A stretch of DNA of 64,000 nucleotides from the human T2T-CHM13v2.0 reference genome, Homo sapiens: assembly GCF_009914755.1 (NCBI RefSeq), contig NC_060925.1; one strand, given 5' to 3'. Of the stretch, positions 14,357 through 27,762 are shown piece by piece. The position numbers and the translations under genes were made by a program. The notes below the pieces were generated by a model. It searched no databases. It was not told where the DNA came from and saw only the letters and a program-made list of their open reading frames with translations. The stretch's first letter is position 1, and the number at the start of each line of letters is the position of its first letter.

Positions 14357-14617
14357 AAAAAAGCTTTCTTTAAAAAAAAGAAAGTAAACCTGAAACTATT
14401 CAAGTCAAAAAACAAAACAAAAGCAGGTAGAATGTTTCTAAGGGATTTAGAGAGAGTAAAACATGTTAGGTTTCATTTCTCTGAGTATGATCAATAGAGT
14501 TGGAGTTGGAGGCTCCAGTTGTTTACGGTCATCTCTTGTTATGTGGGGGGCTCTGTGACCTGAGTTAAGCTATTTACTCAAGTCGATGCCCCAGTTCCCT
14601 ATTCACTCTGCTTCACT

Positions 14618-14685
14618 GAAGCCTCTTGGGGCTTATTTAGACAATGGTTTCATCATTTCGTCTGAATAGAGTCTGAAGAGTCTTT
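14618..14685 (+). ncRNA. MIR4427: Intronic pre-miRNA hairpin mir-4427 (mature about 14661-14681, TCTGAATAGAGTCTGAAGAGT)
   Basis: GAAGCCTCTTGGGGCTTATTTAGAC...GTCTGAATAGAGTCTGAAGAGTCTTT folds into a stem-loop (CTCTT/AAGAG, TATTTAGAC/GTCTGAATA). It matches my recollection of hsa-mir-4427, annotated in KCNK1 intron 1. Confidence 0.85.
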
Positions 14686-14896
14686 GGTGGAAGTATGCAC
14701 TGAGGAGGGAGGCGGCAGAAGTGCCCTATCCCAGGAAAGTGTGCTCCCCAGGATGCGCTGAGCCAGGCACACACAGGACTTGGGGCTACTGAGAAGCAGG
14801 TTCTTTTCAAGTTCTGTTGTCCCAGACACCTCCTCCATTTCTTCCCGCTCTTTCTCCACAGCACTTAGCTTTCTACCTGCTGGTTCCCGTAACATC

Positions 14897-14966
14897 TGTC
14901 TTCACCTGGCCTCACCTATCTTCACCTGGCCTCACCTGTCTTCACCTGGCCTCACCTGGCACCTGG
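14897..14966. repeat. Minisatellite, 20-bp unit TTCACCTGGCCTCACCTRTC x3
   Basis: Seen directly. Confidence 0.92.
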
Positions 14967-15274
14967 TTCCCATAGCACCTCTCTTGGCCTCACTTGGCAT
15001 CCCTAGCACTCAACAGGTGCTCAAAAGGAGCAACTTAAGGCACATTTCTTCATATGTCTGAATCTGTGCCTTTTCTGAAAAATGAAGAAGGTTCTAAAGA
15101 TGTTACTTCTATTCAAGAGACCTTAGATATAACTTTATTCTCTTGATGAGGAAACAGAGGCCTGCATTGCCAAAATGGGTTTTGAAGCTATTCATATAAA
15201 AACAATGATATCTGGGGGGCCTCATGTGTACTCGGTGCACCACAAAAGGCCCTAAGTGATATAAAGAGAAGAGA

Positions 15275-16880
15275 GGCATTCATTCCTCTCTGAGTATTTG
15301 TGGAGCACTTTGGTTACTAGGTGCTACTCCAGGCACTTAGGGATATGTCAGGGAACAAAACCACAAAAATCACTTTTGCCCTCCTGGATGTGTCAGTCTG
15401 GGTTGGGATCGGAGATACAATTGTAGGGGCCAAGAGAAAACTTCTCCTTCACCCTCTGAAGTTTCACTGAAAATCACCTGATAAAAGGCAGATTAATAGG
15501 AGAAAAGGCATATACAGTTGCTTGACCATAGTTTATGTGACATGGGAGCCTTCAGAATGAAGACCCAAAAACACAGGGGAAACCATTCACTTTTATGCTT
15601 AGGTTCAACAAAGTATAAACAGGTGTGTAAAAAATAGGATTGGACCAAAAGGGAATGATCTAAATCTTATAAGACCAAGCGGGGAAGCCCAGCAAGGCCT
15701 GTCTGGAATCTTCTCGGCCTCTCTGAGCATGTATTCCTTCCTTCTGGGTGTGGGGCAGCACCCTCTCTGGAATGGGGATTCTTATGACCTACAGTCAAAC
15801 AAGATGGGTCATATAATTTCATTGGCCAGTTTTACATAGAAAGGTGGAGGAAAAGTTTTATGGTTTTATGGCTGGCTTTGGGGAAATGGGGTTCTGGTCT
15901 CTAGGATCCACCTTGGGGAAGAGGTATTCCAGATTTTATGGCTAGCCTGGGGGAGGATGAGGGGTGAGAGATAGGAGGGCAGGAGAAGGTCGGAGAAAAA
16001 CTTTTGCTTCTGGGACCTTGATTTTGGGTTATCATTTTCTGAGCTCCAGCATGAACAAAGAGATAACTAAGGGAAATGCACAGGATGTTAGGTGGTGATA
16101 GGTGCTCAGGAACAACAATGCAGAGCAAAGGAGATGGGGAGTGTGTGATTAGTGTATGGTGAAGGGGGCAGAGTCCAGGATCGTAGTCTTCCATAAAGTT
16201 GCCCGTGAAAGCCTTACTGAGAAGATGGCACTTACGTAAAGAGTGAGAGGAGGTGGGGAGTGCCTTATGCAGTTTTCTGGGGAGCTGTGTTCCAGAACAA
16301 AGGCACCTATTGGAGGTGCAGCTAGAAAGTGACTGTGGCTGGAGCTGAGTAAGAGGGGAGTGATGAGGTCAGGAAGAAGGGGAGGGAGCAGATGCTGTAG
16401 GATGTCCTAGGCCACTGCAAAACATCTGGCTTTTATCTGAGCTAGGGGAAAAGCACCAGGAGATTTTGAGCAAAGGGTTGACACAATCTGACTGACTGTT
16501 CCAACGCGTTCACTCTGGCTGGTGTAGGAGGGCAAGGCTGAGGCTGAGACTAAAAGGAGGCTCTTCTGATGACCCAGGGGGTCATCGGACCACCGATGCC
16601 TCTCGGTGACTCAGAAAAGTGGTGACGAGAAGTGGTCAGATTCTGGATTCATATTGTTGGCCAAACCATCTGGCTTTGCTGATGGATTGGATGTGAGGGG
16701 TAAAAGAAAGAAGAGTGAAGAATGACCCCCGGGTTTCTGACCTGAGCCCCTGGCAATGTGGTTCTTCTTTACAGACCAAAGGAAGGCCATGGAAGGAGAA
16801 GGTGTTGGATAAAGAATCTCAAGCAGGTTCCAGAACCTGCTGAACTTGAGATCCCTTTTGGGTGTCCAGGAGGATCTATC
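15275..16880 (-). mobile_element. L2 fragment interrupted by a MER39-like LTR
   Basis: cattcattc...gagcac...ccaggcact L2 3' end before the LTR; gtggctggagctgagt...ggatgtgagggg...L2 body after it. Confidence 0.7.
15422..16051 (-). mobile_element. MER39-like ERV1 solo LTR
   Basis: Minus strand reads gctcagaaaatgataacccaaaat...agaagcaaaagtttttctccgaccttctcctgccctcct; TG...CA ends. Confidence 0.8.
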
Positions 16881-18726
16881 TACACAAGGCACACAGTAAA
16901 CCCTAATGGGGCGTGATGAGGGCCACACTCGGAGTGTAGGTGACAGTGCCTTCTGTTGGTACAGCATGCCGTGATGTCATGTTGTATCACACACATCGAT
17001 TAACTCACTGCAGAGGCTGAAGAAGGCTTTTGGGGGTGATATCTGATTTTGACCTTGAAGGAAAACTAGAATGTCAGTAAGTAGAAAAGAAAGAAGAGGT
17101 CATTCAGACTGAGAATGTGAGTTCCCTGGGCTGATCTGCCATTTAATGAATACATTTAACAACAGCGTTAAATACTTCCAGGCTAAGAAAGAGTACCTAA
17201 ACTGTAATATTGTTTTCTAATTTAATATTACAAAAGGTTGTTTGGGAAACTGTAGAGAAAGCCCCCAAATGAAGTATTTGCTTCATATTTTCTTAAAATT
17301 AACAGTAGGATATTTAGTATTTGATATAATCGTTTAATGAAAATTATATTTTATATAATTCAAAGAATAAATAAATATCTCCAGTACTCTTTTAAGGAGT
17401 AGCTAATATTAAATAAAGCCACCAAGGAATGAATCTAGGTGGTTTCTGTTTTTAGGAAGTAAGTAAGTAAAACATGATTTTTTTTTTCACAAACAATCTA
17501 AACATTTTAGGAGTGTGTCAGGTTCAAATAAACACATTGACGATTTTTACAGTTTGTACTGATGGGAGGATTTTCATGTGACTCTCAGAAAAACACCTGA
17601 GTGATTTTCATTTTTACTGCGTTGTTGCTTTACTGTTTGAAATGATCCCATGAGTATAACAGGGCTGGCTCCTTGCTCATTATTGATCATCTAAACATCT
17701 TCTTTATTTCCCTCAAATACTGTATTTTTTATGAAGCCACAGCTTGTAAATAACAGGAAGGGAAATAAAGTGTTTTAAACTAGAATTAAAAGGTTAAAAT
17801 ATGGTTGTAACTCACATTCTTCAAATGTTTGAACACGGGTTACCAAGGCACTTAATTATTTAAAAACCATGGTTAGATGGATTAAGTTAATTAAAGAACC
17901 TGGAGAGGCTGTTCCGCAGCTGCCTAGGTGTCAGACTGACTCAGAAATTCTGACTCAGAAATTCTGAGTAGCAAAGCGCCCACATCGCTACCTACCTGCC
18001 ACCCAGTGCTCTGACACGAGCCATCTCAGAAAAACAGTCTGTCGCCCACGGGCCAGCTCCAGCAGATGCACCTCGCAGTGGGAGGGTGGGCGGGTGCGGA
18101 TGAGCTGAGCCGTTTCGCACCCCCAGACAGCAGGGAAGAGCACTGTTGTGTGGATCCACAATCTGTCATCCACTGCTACTCCCATCTCACCCTCCCCTCC
18201 ACTGCAGAGCAGCTGATGTTTGAAAATCCAACCAACCAAGATGGAATAAGGAAAAAAACCTAAAATTTTAAGAAAGTTGGGGAGCACAAAAAAGCAAATT
18301 TCTGTTAGTAGTTGATGGGATGTGACCTAAAGCAATATTTGCTCTTTCAGCAACTCTGGTGGAACACCAGAGTTATTTGTAATCTGAATGAGGCTAAAAG
18401 GATATGTTTGGCACCTGAACTTGCCTGTCTAGATTCTCTGTTTCGCTTCACTCAGAACTATGTTTTGTGCGTTGACTTGTGTTAGTCATCTCTACCCAGA
18501 TGTCTGGGCTGTGTCTCATTGACCCAGTGGCAGTGGAGTATGTGTGCCCTCAGAATTTCTTCTGCCTGTCTTCAGTGTCCCAGTCTCTACACAAGCTCAG
18601 CTAAGGGTGGTGCCATCTCACGGGAGCATTCCCTCATAACCATCACTGGCTTGGGGAATGGAGCTGGCAAATCAAATTGTCATCGGTGATATCAGGCTGA
18701 ATGAATACTATTGAAAAGTCCAACCT

Positions 18727-18925
18727 CGAAGATGGAAACAGTAGGTATTGGAGAATCCAGAAGAGGGAAGGATGGAAGGAGGGCCAGGGTCCAGAAACTA
18801 CCCATTGGATACTATGTTCACTATTTGAGTGATGAGTTCATGAGAAGCCCAAGCCTCACCATTATGCAACATACCCAAGTAACACACCTGCACACGTACC
18901 CCCGAACCTAAAGTACAAAAGAATT
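18727..18925 (+). mobile_element. 5'-truncated L1 (L1PB/L1MA) 3' end
   Basis: aaactacccattggatactatgttcact...gtaacacacctgcacacgtacccccgaacctaaa; TSD AAAAG(T/C)CCAACCT at 18714-18726 and 19255-19267 encloses both the L1 and the following Alu. Confidence 0.85.
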
Positions 18926-18936
18926 GTAACAATTTA

Positions 18937-19250
<314 letters not shown>

Positions 19251-22200
19251 TTTTAAAAGCCCAACCTAATGTAGTGAAAAGTGAGAATCATGAATTATTT
19301 TTAGGGAAAATGTTTATGTTCAGAGATACTGAATGACCTTACATAGACTGAAGTGAATGTGCGGATTGGAAGTGTGAAAGCGTTGAACTGGGGATTGGTG
19401 GCCTGGGTTCTCTTCAGACAAGAATTCATTGTGGATTTCTCTAGATTTCGGTTGCTTCAGCTATACAATGAAAAGGCTAAGTAAGACCCCCTTCTAACTC
19501 TAACATTTTATAATCCTAGGTCTTTGGAATATTTACTGAGTACATCCCAACATGTGGGGATGCATTAAAAAATACTGTAAAGGGATAATCACTGAAATAT
19601 AAAAGCCCACAGCCAGCTGGGGAGACTCGACTGAAACATCAAAGTCCCAGAAAGCTGCATAGGGTGTAGAGACCTAACTGTTGAATTGTATGGGACCCCA
19701 TGGTAATTGGGTAATTGGGTAAGTGGGTAACATCTGTAGGACTTTGATAGGGAGATGGCTGAAGTGGTCAGGGAAGCTTTATGGAGTAGGCGCACTGAGA
19801 TAAACAGGCAGTATGGTAAGGTTAGGTAGAGTGGGCCGGGGAAGAGGGTTGTTAAGGAAAGGGACATATACTCAGCACACCCATCCAGAAGTGGAAGGCA
19901 GCCTTGCCTTAGAGAGACCGTGAGGGTGCCAGCCTCTCAGAGCCAAAGCTCCCTGCTGGCACACAGCAGCAGGCGACAGGCACTGAAGGTGGAGGTGAGA
20001 CGTGGGAAGCAGATCTGGCACTTGAGTCAGTAGAAAATGGGGAGCCTCTGTGGGCTCCTGGTCCTGCACCGTGATAAATAGCCTGTCCTGCAACCTGGCT
20101 TAAAACAGGGAAAGCCGGAGTTAGGCAACAGAGTGCCTAGCTTTCTCAGTCATTCAAACACAAGCACGGAAGAAGAGATTGCACTGACCAGAGGACCGCC
20201 AGGGTGTGATGCTCCGTAGTCGCAGGGATGAAGGAAAACCATGGGCGGAGCTTGTCATGGACAGCTCCTAGGTGGACATAAATGGAAACTCATTGGTTCT
20301 GGGGCACGGCGGGAAGAGGGAGACGGCCCTGGACGGCCGCACCAAGAATTTCACAACCCAAACCCGACTAGAAAGCCTGGGTGAGTAGCGAAGTTGTTGC
20401 TGTACGTAGGAATATAAGTTTTTTCTGGATGTGTATGTGGCAGGGGATATAGAAGGGAACAACCCCAGTTCTGTGTCTCTTCACCTCCTGATACCTGTGT
20501 GGGCCGGCCTGACCCCAGACATCAGGTGTTCTTCTGAGAGGTGGGCAATGGGAGCTGGTTCCACCATCTGAATTCTCATGGATTCAGCCGTAAAATGATG
20601 AGTAACCTCTCAAGGGTGTACCTGTAGGATGCTGCTTGTAATTACTGTGTCAGTTAGTTACAAATGGGTACTTCTAAGTAGTTTTGGAAGCGTTTGAGTA
20701 GTTGCTGCAATCGTGTTTATACTGTTAATTGGCTTTAAATAAATTATTTTTTGTCAGAGCAAAACCCCAACTTCAGTTCAGTTCCTACGTCACTGAGTTG
20801 TAACTTAACTAAGCTTTAGTTTACTCTCATCTTTAAAAGAAACAGGCATTCTTTGCATTTTGTACAATGCTTTGCATTTTGTAATTGTTCAAGATAACTT
20901 CTTGGTACATTGGCCTCAGATTAAGGATATCTGGCTTCTCTTTAATCTCTTAATATTTTCATTTTTGCTCTAGGGCTCCCAATATTACAAGTCTGTTCTT
21001 GACAAGGAAGTTGGGATGACAGAACTACTGTATGAAAACTCAGAAATGCTCAGAAGTGCAGACCTTTGGTTCTGTTTTCTTCCTCATCAGATAGGAATTT
21101 TTTTTAACTACGCACAGAATCACACTTGCGAAGTCTTCTTTTCCTTCTTGTTACTTTATTTAGAAGCTGTGAACTCAAGAAGTAGGTCCCATGTTGAATC
21201 TACATGTGCGCAGGTGATTCTTTTAGCCAAGTCATTTCCACACTCATGCCCAAGTCTGGAGATACACAGGTATGTGGAAATGTTTGAAAAGCAAAACCAG
21301 GTTGATGAGACTTTCAATCTCTTGATAACCTGTCATCTAACCTCTGAGGGTCCACTCTGGTAAATGTCAACGTCAGACATGCTACCTCTCCAGGTCACCT
21401 TGGTCAAGTGCACTTTCAGAGCAGTGAGAGCACCATAGAAACTTGATACATAGCTTGTTTGCAGCAAAAGAGAGAGGTAGATATTAGCATTTCCAAAAGA
21501 GCTACTTAAAACAATTATAGTAGGTTGAATATGAGCCCTATAATAATGTCACCCTTACTTCTGTTCTTACATGTTCTGACAAGGAAAAGACCGTGCCTCA
21601 TCTCTGGCTCTCAGAATTGTCCATCATCCACAGTCTATTTTATTTATACCTACGTGGTAACTGCTAACTCAAATAGGCGTGATGGTGACCGATTATCATT
21701 GTGTTTCCCTTTGCCACCAGGTGCGGGTTTCTGACAACATCAAGATATGAAAGGTTGTCACTCACTGAACCCCTAATGTGTGTTTAACTGTTGGGGAAGA
21801 ATGGGAATCACTGCCCTGAGACACAGAATTTAATTAGGCCTGCTTCTTTGTGTTTCTCTTTAATGATAGGATTTTAAGCTCAACGGTTATCAGCTCAAAA
21901 GCAGAAAATGTTCATTCCCGTTTGTGCCCTGGTATCTTGAAGAATGTGCAATAGGTGAGCTTGCCATTAATCTAACTGAATTTCTCCCTGCTTGTAGACA
22001 TTATGGTTTTGAAAACAGCCTTCTAAGAGTGCACTAAAGTTACCCTACCCTCACTCATCATCTCTACTCTGCAAGTCTAAAAATGTGGCGTGTGTCAGGG
22101 TACACAGTAAGACAATTCATTTATTTTTAAGTGTTTCCATTCTCCACTCATTTCCTCATCTGTGCAGTGAGGCTGAGCTAGAATTTAGCTGTGTGTTCCT

Positions 22201-24491
22201 AAAGAAATGTGCTCACTGTTTTCACACATTAGCCTTGTTCCTATGCTGGGTCTGATTACATGCTGATAGATTCTGGTTTTTTTTAAGCAAGTAATTCTCC
22301 TTTTCCCATTAAATGCAGAGGTAGAGGGAGGAGTTTCATCCGGAAATGTCCCTGATTGAGACTGTCTTCTAGGTTGGTCCTCTTTGGCTCGAACAGAGGG
22401 AACCACTGCATTAGGCTTGACAGAGGTCTCATAGTTCAGCCTGGCTGTAGCCCTGGAAGTCAGTTGGACAGCAGTTGCCCAAGATGCCATGACAAAATTT
22501 ACCCATCCTGTTCCCTCTTCCACGTGCGTGCTGCTGTGCTTACTGGAACAGGAAAACATTGCGTTGTCTTCTGCTAAGTGGGAATAGGACATTTGGCTGA
22601 AAAGCTTCTTATCATGGGCTAATATGTGCTCTGTCCACTCAGCTCAGGGAACTCTCTCATTTTATTCCCACAGGCTGCTGCTTAAGTTAATGATTTCTTT
22701 GATGACAGGTTCTGCATGAATTCACTTTAACATCGTTGCTCTGTTTTCTACTCTTTTTTTTCTCCCTAAAAATGTGAGCTCTAATTTGAAGCTAATAAGT
22801 TTTGACATGCAAGCAACCAAATTACTGGATAGAGCAAGGAGAATATTTTATTAGTAATTTTGACCAGATAGGATGGTAAGGTCAGTTAATGAACTAATGA
22901 ACCTCAGGGTTCATTTTTTTATAACCTTACCGGGACTGGATTTCTTTCTTTCTTTTTTTCTTAAGCTGCCAACAGTTCTTGTCAGGATTCAATGTAGATG
23001 CTGCTGCTGGCTGTCCTGGTGGTGGTTTGATCTCTGTTGTGTGGGCTTCACAAGGGGCTCTGGTTCAGTGATTCCAGTAATGGCTACCACTCGGTGACCA
23101 CATAGTGTGTGCTGCACACTGGATGTGACTTTTTTGTCCTTCCCTGCATTGGTGCTTCTGCTGTCCACTCACTGGTCTTAGAGGTCCTGGCTTTTCTTCC
23201 TGAGGATCGTGGGTTTGGGCCTCTTTTCAGAAGGAGCCCAGTGTGCACCTTCCTGACTGGCAACTCTGCTTTCTTTGTCCTCCTGCTGTTCTCCCTCATC
23301 AGGTTCATTAGCAGTTCAGCTCTCAGGACTTAGTTTTTTGGGGCATCCCATCTCTTAGGCAGTCTTTTCATGTAAAGACATTCGGAAGGAGAGCATCCTC
23401 TCTATTCTCAGAAATGTTTTGAAACCTGTTTTCTCAGTGTCTTGTGTCTGCCTGCAGCTCCCAACCAGATCTTCCTCCTTGGCCTTTACAAAGACGAGGT
23501 TCATTTTTGTTGACTTGGGTTTGCTTCTGTCTGCCATTTCAATGATAACTGTGTTGATTTTTAGTGAGTGAATCATATGAAAATAGCAATGAGAGCCTGG
23601 AGAAACATGGGGTGGAGAAGAGGAGGTTACAAGCAATACTGGTTTCTTTTGTGACCCTGAGAAATCTATCCCATACTAGATGGATTTGCCATTTGCCTTC
23701 TTCTGACAGGTATGAAATTGTCAAAGTATGTAAACAAACAAACAAACAAAAAAAACCACACCACATTTTTAGAAGAAAGCTCCATTGGAGTATGTATTAT
23801 AGGATTCTTCTGCAGAGCATTTTCATGTAGGTTATCATGTTAAAATAAGCTAGATTAACATAATGTCCTTGGGAAATGATGATAGCCCAATGAACTTAAT
23901 GTTTGTTTTTCTGAAGGATTCAAGGGATATTCTTGAATCTGAGAATATGTGATTTCATTACACTCCTAAACCACCAATTCTGTAAGGTGAAATTTGAAGT
24001 CCTATTATCAAATAGGCCTATCTCTCTAGAAAAATAAAGTCATGGTGCTAATTTGTCTAAAATCTTGATTAATGCCCTGTAAAATACTAAATTTATTTAG
24101 TGTTTAGGAAAACTCTGAAAAGGACACAAGCTTTAGTATTGCAGTTTCCAGTGTCTAAAATTCCATGTTTTTTTCATTTTAGGAGGGATAGTTTTTGGTT
24201 GTTGTTTGGGCTTGGAAGAGAGGATTTTAAAGGAAGAGATACAAACAGCCCATGATTTAAGAAGAAAACATTAAGCCTCGTTAATGGTAGGTGTTAGGGG
24301 AAAACCCTAACATTAGCCTCTAGCATGAGGGAGTGAAATTAACATAGTCACACATCCGCAACACAGCAGTAGTGTATTCATTTATTAATAGCTGGGTACA
24401 AAAAAATTGTGAAGACATGTGCTTGGCAATGACTACGATGAGAAGGGGACTATGAGAAATAGACACACACAATAAGAATATTTACATTTTG

Positions 24492-24828
<337 letters not shown>

Positions 24829-26109
24829 TCAGGTTCTTAAACTGCTTTCACAAACTTCACTTCTCTTGGTAGTTAAAATGTTTATGTGCGGACAACAGGG
24901 CAGACACTAATGACTCCTGTTTCTCAGATGTGAAATCTGAGGCCAGAAAATGTATCAATAAATGGCTGCTTAATGTGCAGCAGTTGGAAGTGGCAGTACA
25001 GGTACTCAAACCCAGGTGCTCAGACAGTCCCGGATGGAGGCTGTTGGAGAGAGTCAACGAGGCTGAAGGCAGAGTTTTTAGCAAAGCAGGGCTCATGGGA
25101 TTGTTATGCCCACCAGATGCTCTGCAACAGTGACTTTAGCTTTATTAAGTGCCCTGGTTATTCTTTAGTAATAAGGGTCACTAGGGAAACTTCTGTTGCT
25201 AATGCTCATGCATTTACACTTCCTTAGAATCACTTAATGAAAAGCTGAAGGAAAAGCAAGATCATCTGTTGGGAGCAGACAGAAGCCTGATTAAGTTTTT
25301 CAATTTGCCAGTATGTCCTGCTGAGGCATATGAGTATGAAGTGGTCATTATGTCCAGACAGAACACTTCATCAAAGAAATAAGTGTTTCTTTTCCAAGTT
25401 AAATTGATATATATTATAACCCTCACTCGTACTCAGGCTTCTACTCCTTGGCCCAGCTCCAAAAGAAAGAAGAGTGTTTACTTATAAATAATTCTCTAGT
25501 CCAACCTATGGACCGCTTAGGCCAATTCTTTAAAACAGAATTCTCCTAATAGCCAAAACAGGTAAATATCCAAGTGTTTTTTTTCTTTTAGAAACTACTT
25601 TAAGATTGTGTTAACAGCAGTTATCAATTTGTGAAAGGAAAAATTATCATCTTTTTTATATAAATGTTTTATGTATGTACTTGGTTGGATGGGGAATATC
25701 CCTGAGGGTATAGTCAACACAGAAAAGCACAATAAATAATGATATTTCGCTAGAAAATAAAAGCCATATTTAGTGTTTATTCAGGTCACACATATATTTT
25801 GAGTTCCACTGTGAGCCTGTCTCTGCTAGGCTTGAAATATGGTAATAAACAACAGATAGTCTTTGTCTAAAGGCAACCTGGAATCTGCCTCCAAGATCAT
25901 AACATTTTTGTTGCTTTTCATGCTTTTGAATTGTTGAGTAAAAATGGAAGCTTTAAGCCAGTAGGGCATCACGACTATATATATTTTTTATTTCAAATTA
26001 TAATACTTCTTTATATATGATTTGATTAATAACATGTTAATAAGCCATAAGCCAATAATTTTTTTTTGTTAAAAACTAAGCTATGAATTTGCTTTTGCCG
26101 AATGAAATT

Positions 26110-27370
26110 TATTCAATCATTTGCTGATCCATTTATTCATACTTGGGCAAAATATTTTGGGGGCACCTACTGTGTGCCAGGCATGTTTTTAGATGCTGAG
26201 GAACATCAGGGAACAACAGACTAAAATTCCTGCTATGTAATATCTATTTCAGAAGGCAAGAATGACAATAATATAAATAAATAAAGCATAAAATATTTTA
26301 CATAAAATAAGTGTTAAGAAAAAATACAATAAAGCATTGAAAGGTGATATAAGGTTTGCATTGAAGAGAACGTTGATATTTTATATACAGTGACTTGGGT
26401 AGGCTTCTCTGAGTAGGCGACCTGAAGTTGGTGAGTAAGCCAGCTCTGCATAATAGGGGAAAGACCATTCAGGCCATGCGGGCAGCCACGTGCAAAGGCC
26501 CTGAGCCAGGAGTATACCTAGTATCGAGCTAAGAGGCCAGTGTGGCTGGAGCTGAATAAACAGTGGGGAGTCGTAGCAGATGAGATTAGGGAAGTAGTGG
26601 AGTCAGATCATGTAGGACCTTATGGGCCCTGATAAGGATGTTAGGTTTTGTTGTAAGCAAGTGAAGTTGAGGAGTAACATGATATCCTAGTTGAGTGAAG
26701 TTGAGGAGTAACATGATATCCTTGTTTTCTTAGGGTTGCTGTGGCTCCTGTTTATGGGAGGCTGGGGCCGATCAGGGAGACCAGCTGGGAAGCTATTACT
26801 GTAATCCTCAGAGAGATCTCCGTGGCTTGGGCTACAGCAGGAGAGTGAGAGTTGGTGGATTCTGAATGTCATTCAATGGTAGAGCTAGTAAGATTTGCTG
26901 GTGGATTGGAAATGAGTGAAAGAGAGAACAAGAGATAAGTGAGGCTGCAGGATTTTGGCTTGAGCAACAGTGAGAAGAAGGTGCCACTGACTGAGAAGAG
27001 CTAAACCCCAGTAGAGCCAAGTTGGGAGGTGGTGAAAAAAATCCAGGTGCTCAGCTGTGGATCTGTTAAGTTTAGATGCCTGTGTGATGGCCAAGTGGAG
27101 ATGCAGAGGAAGAAGTTGGGTGTGTGGGTCTGGTCTCCCTCACATTAGATATCTGAACAGGGAGGAATCGGATCACAAGACTGGGGGGTGGTTAGTGATG
27201 TCATAGGAAAAACAGGTGATCCCTCTAGGACAAGGGATCACGAGAGAGGTGGAGAGGCATTGAAGGCAGCAGGGGGATCATGGTTTCTACATGTTGTCCT
27301 GCAAAGGGGCACAGGAGAATGGGCAGTAGGTGGCAGGGAAGTGGAGGATCAAGAGATGGTGTTTAAGATG
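26110..27370 (-). mobile_element. L2 fragment
   Basis: attcaatcatt...gcacctactgtgtgccaggc; gtgcaaaggccctgag; gaggccagtgtggctggagc; gattttggcttgagcaac. Confidence 0.8.
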
Positions 27371-27379
27371 GTGAGATGG

Positions 27380-27762
<383 letters not shown>

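Noticed and set aside
14897-14966. CRISPR-like regular repeat
   Set aside because: Eukaryotic minisatellite with no unique spacers and no cas genes.
19700-19730. GGGTAATT-like short repeats resembling telomeric or G4 sequence
   Set aside because: Only three G3 runs, not TTAGGG, and too short to support a call.
20250-20270. REST/RE1-like CATGGACAGCTCC
   Set aside because: Right half-site only; no TTCAGCAC left half at a suitable distance.
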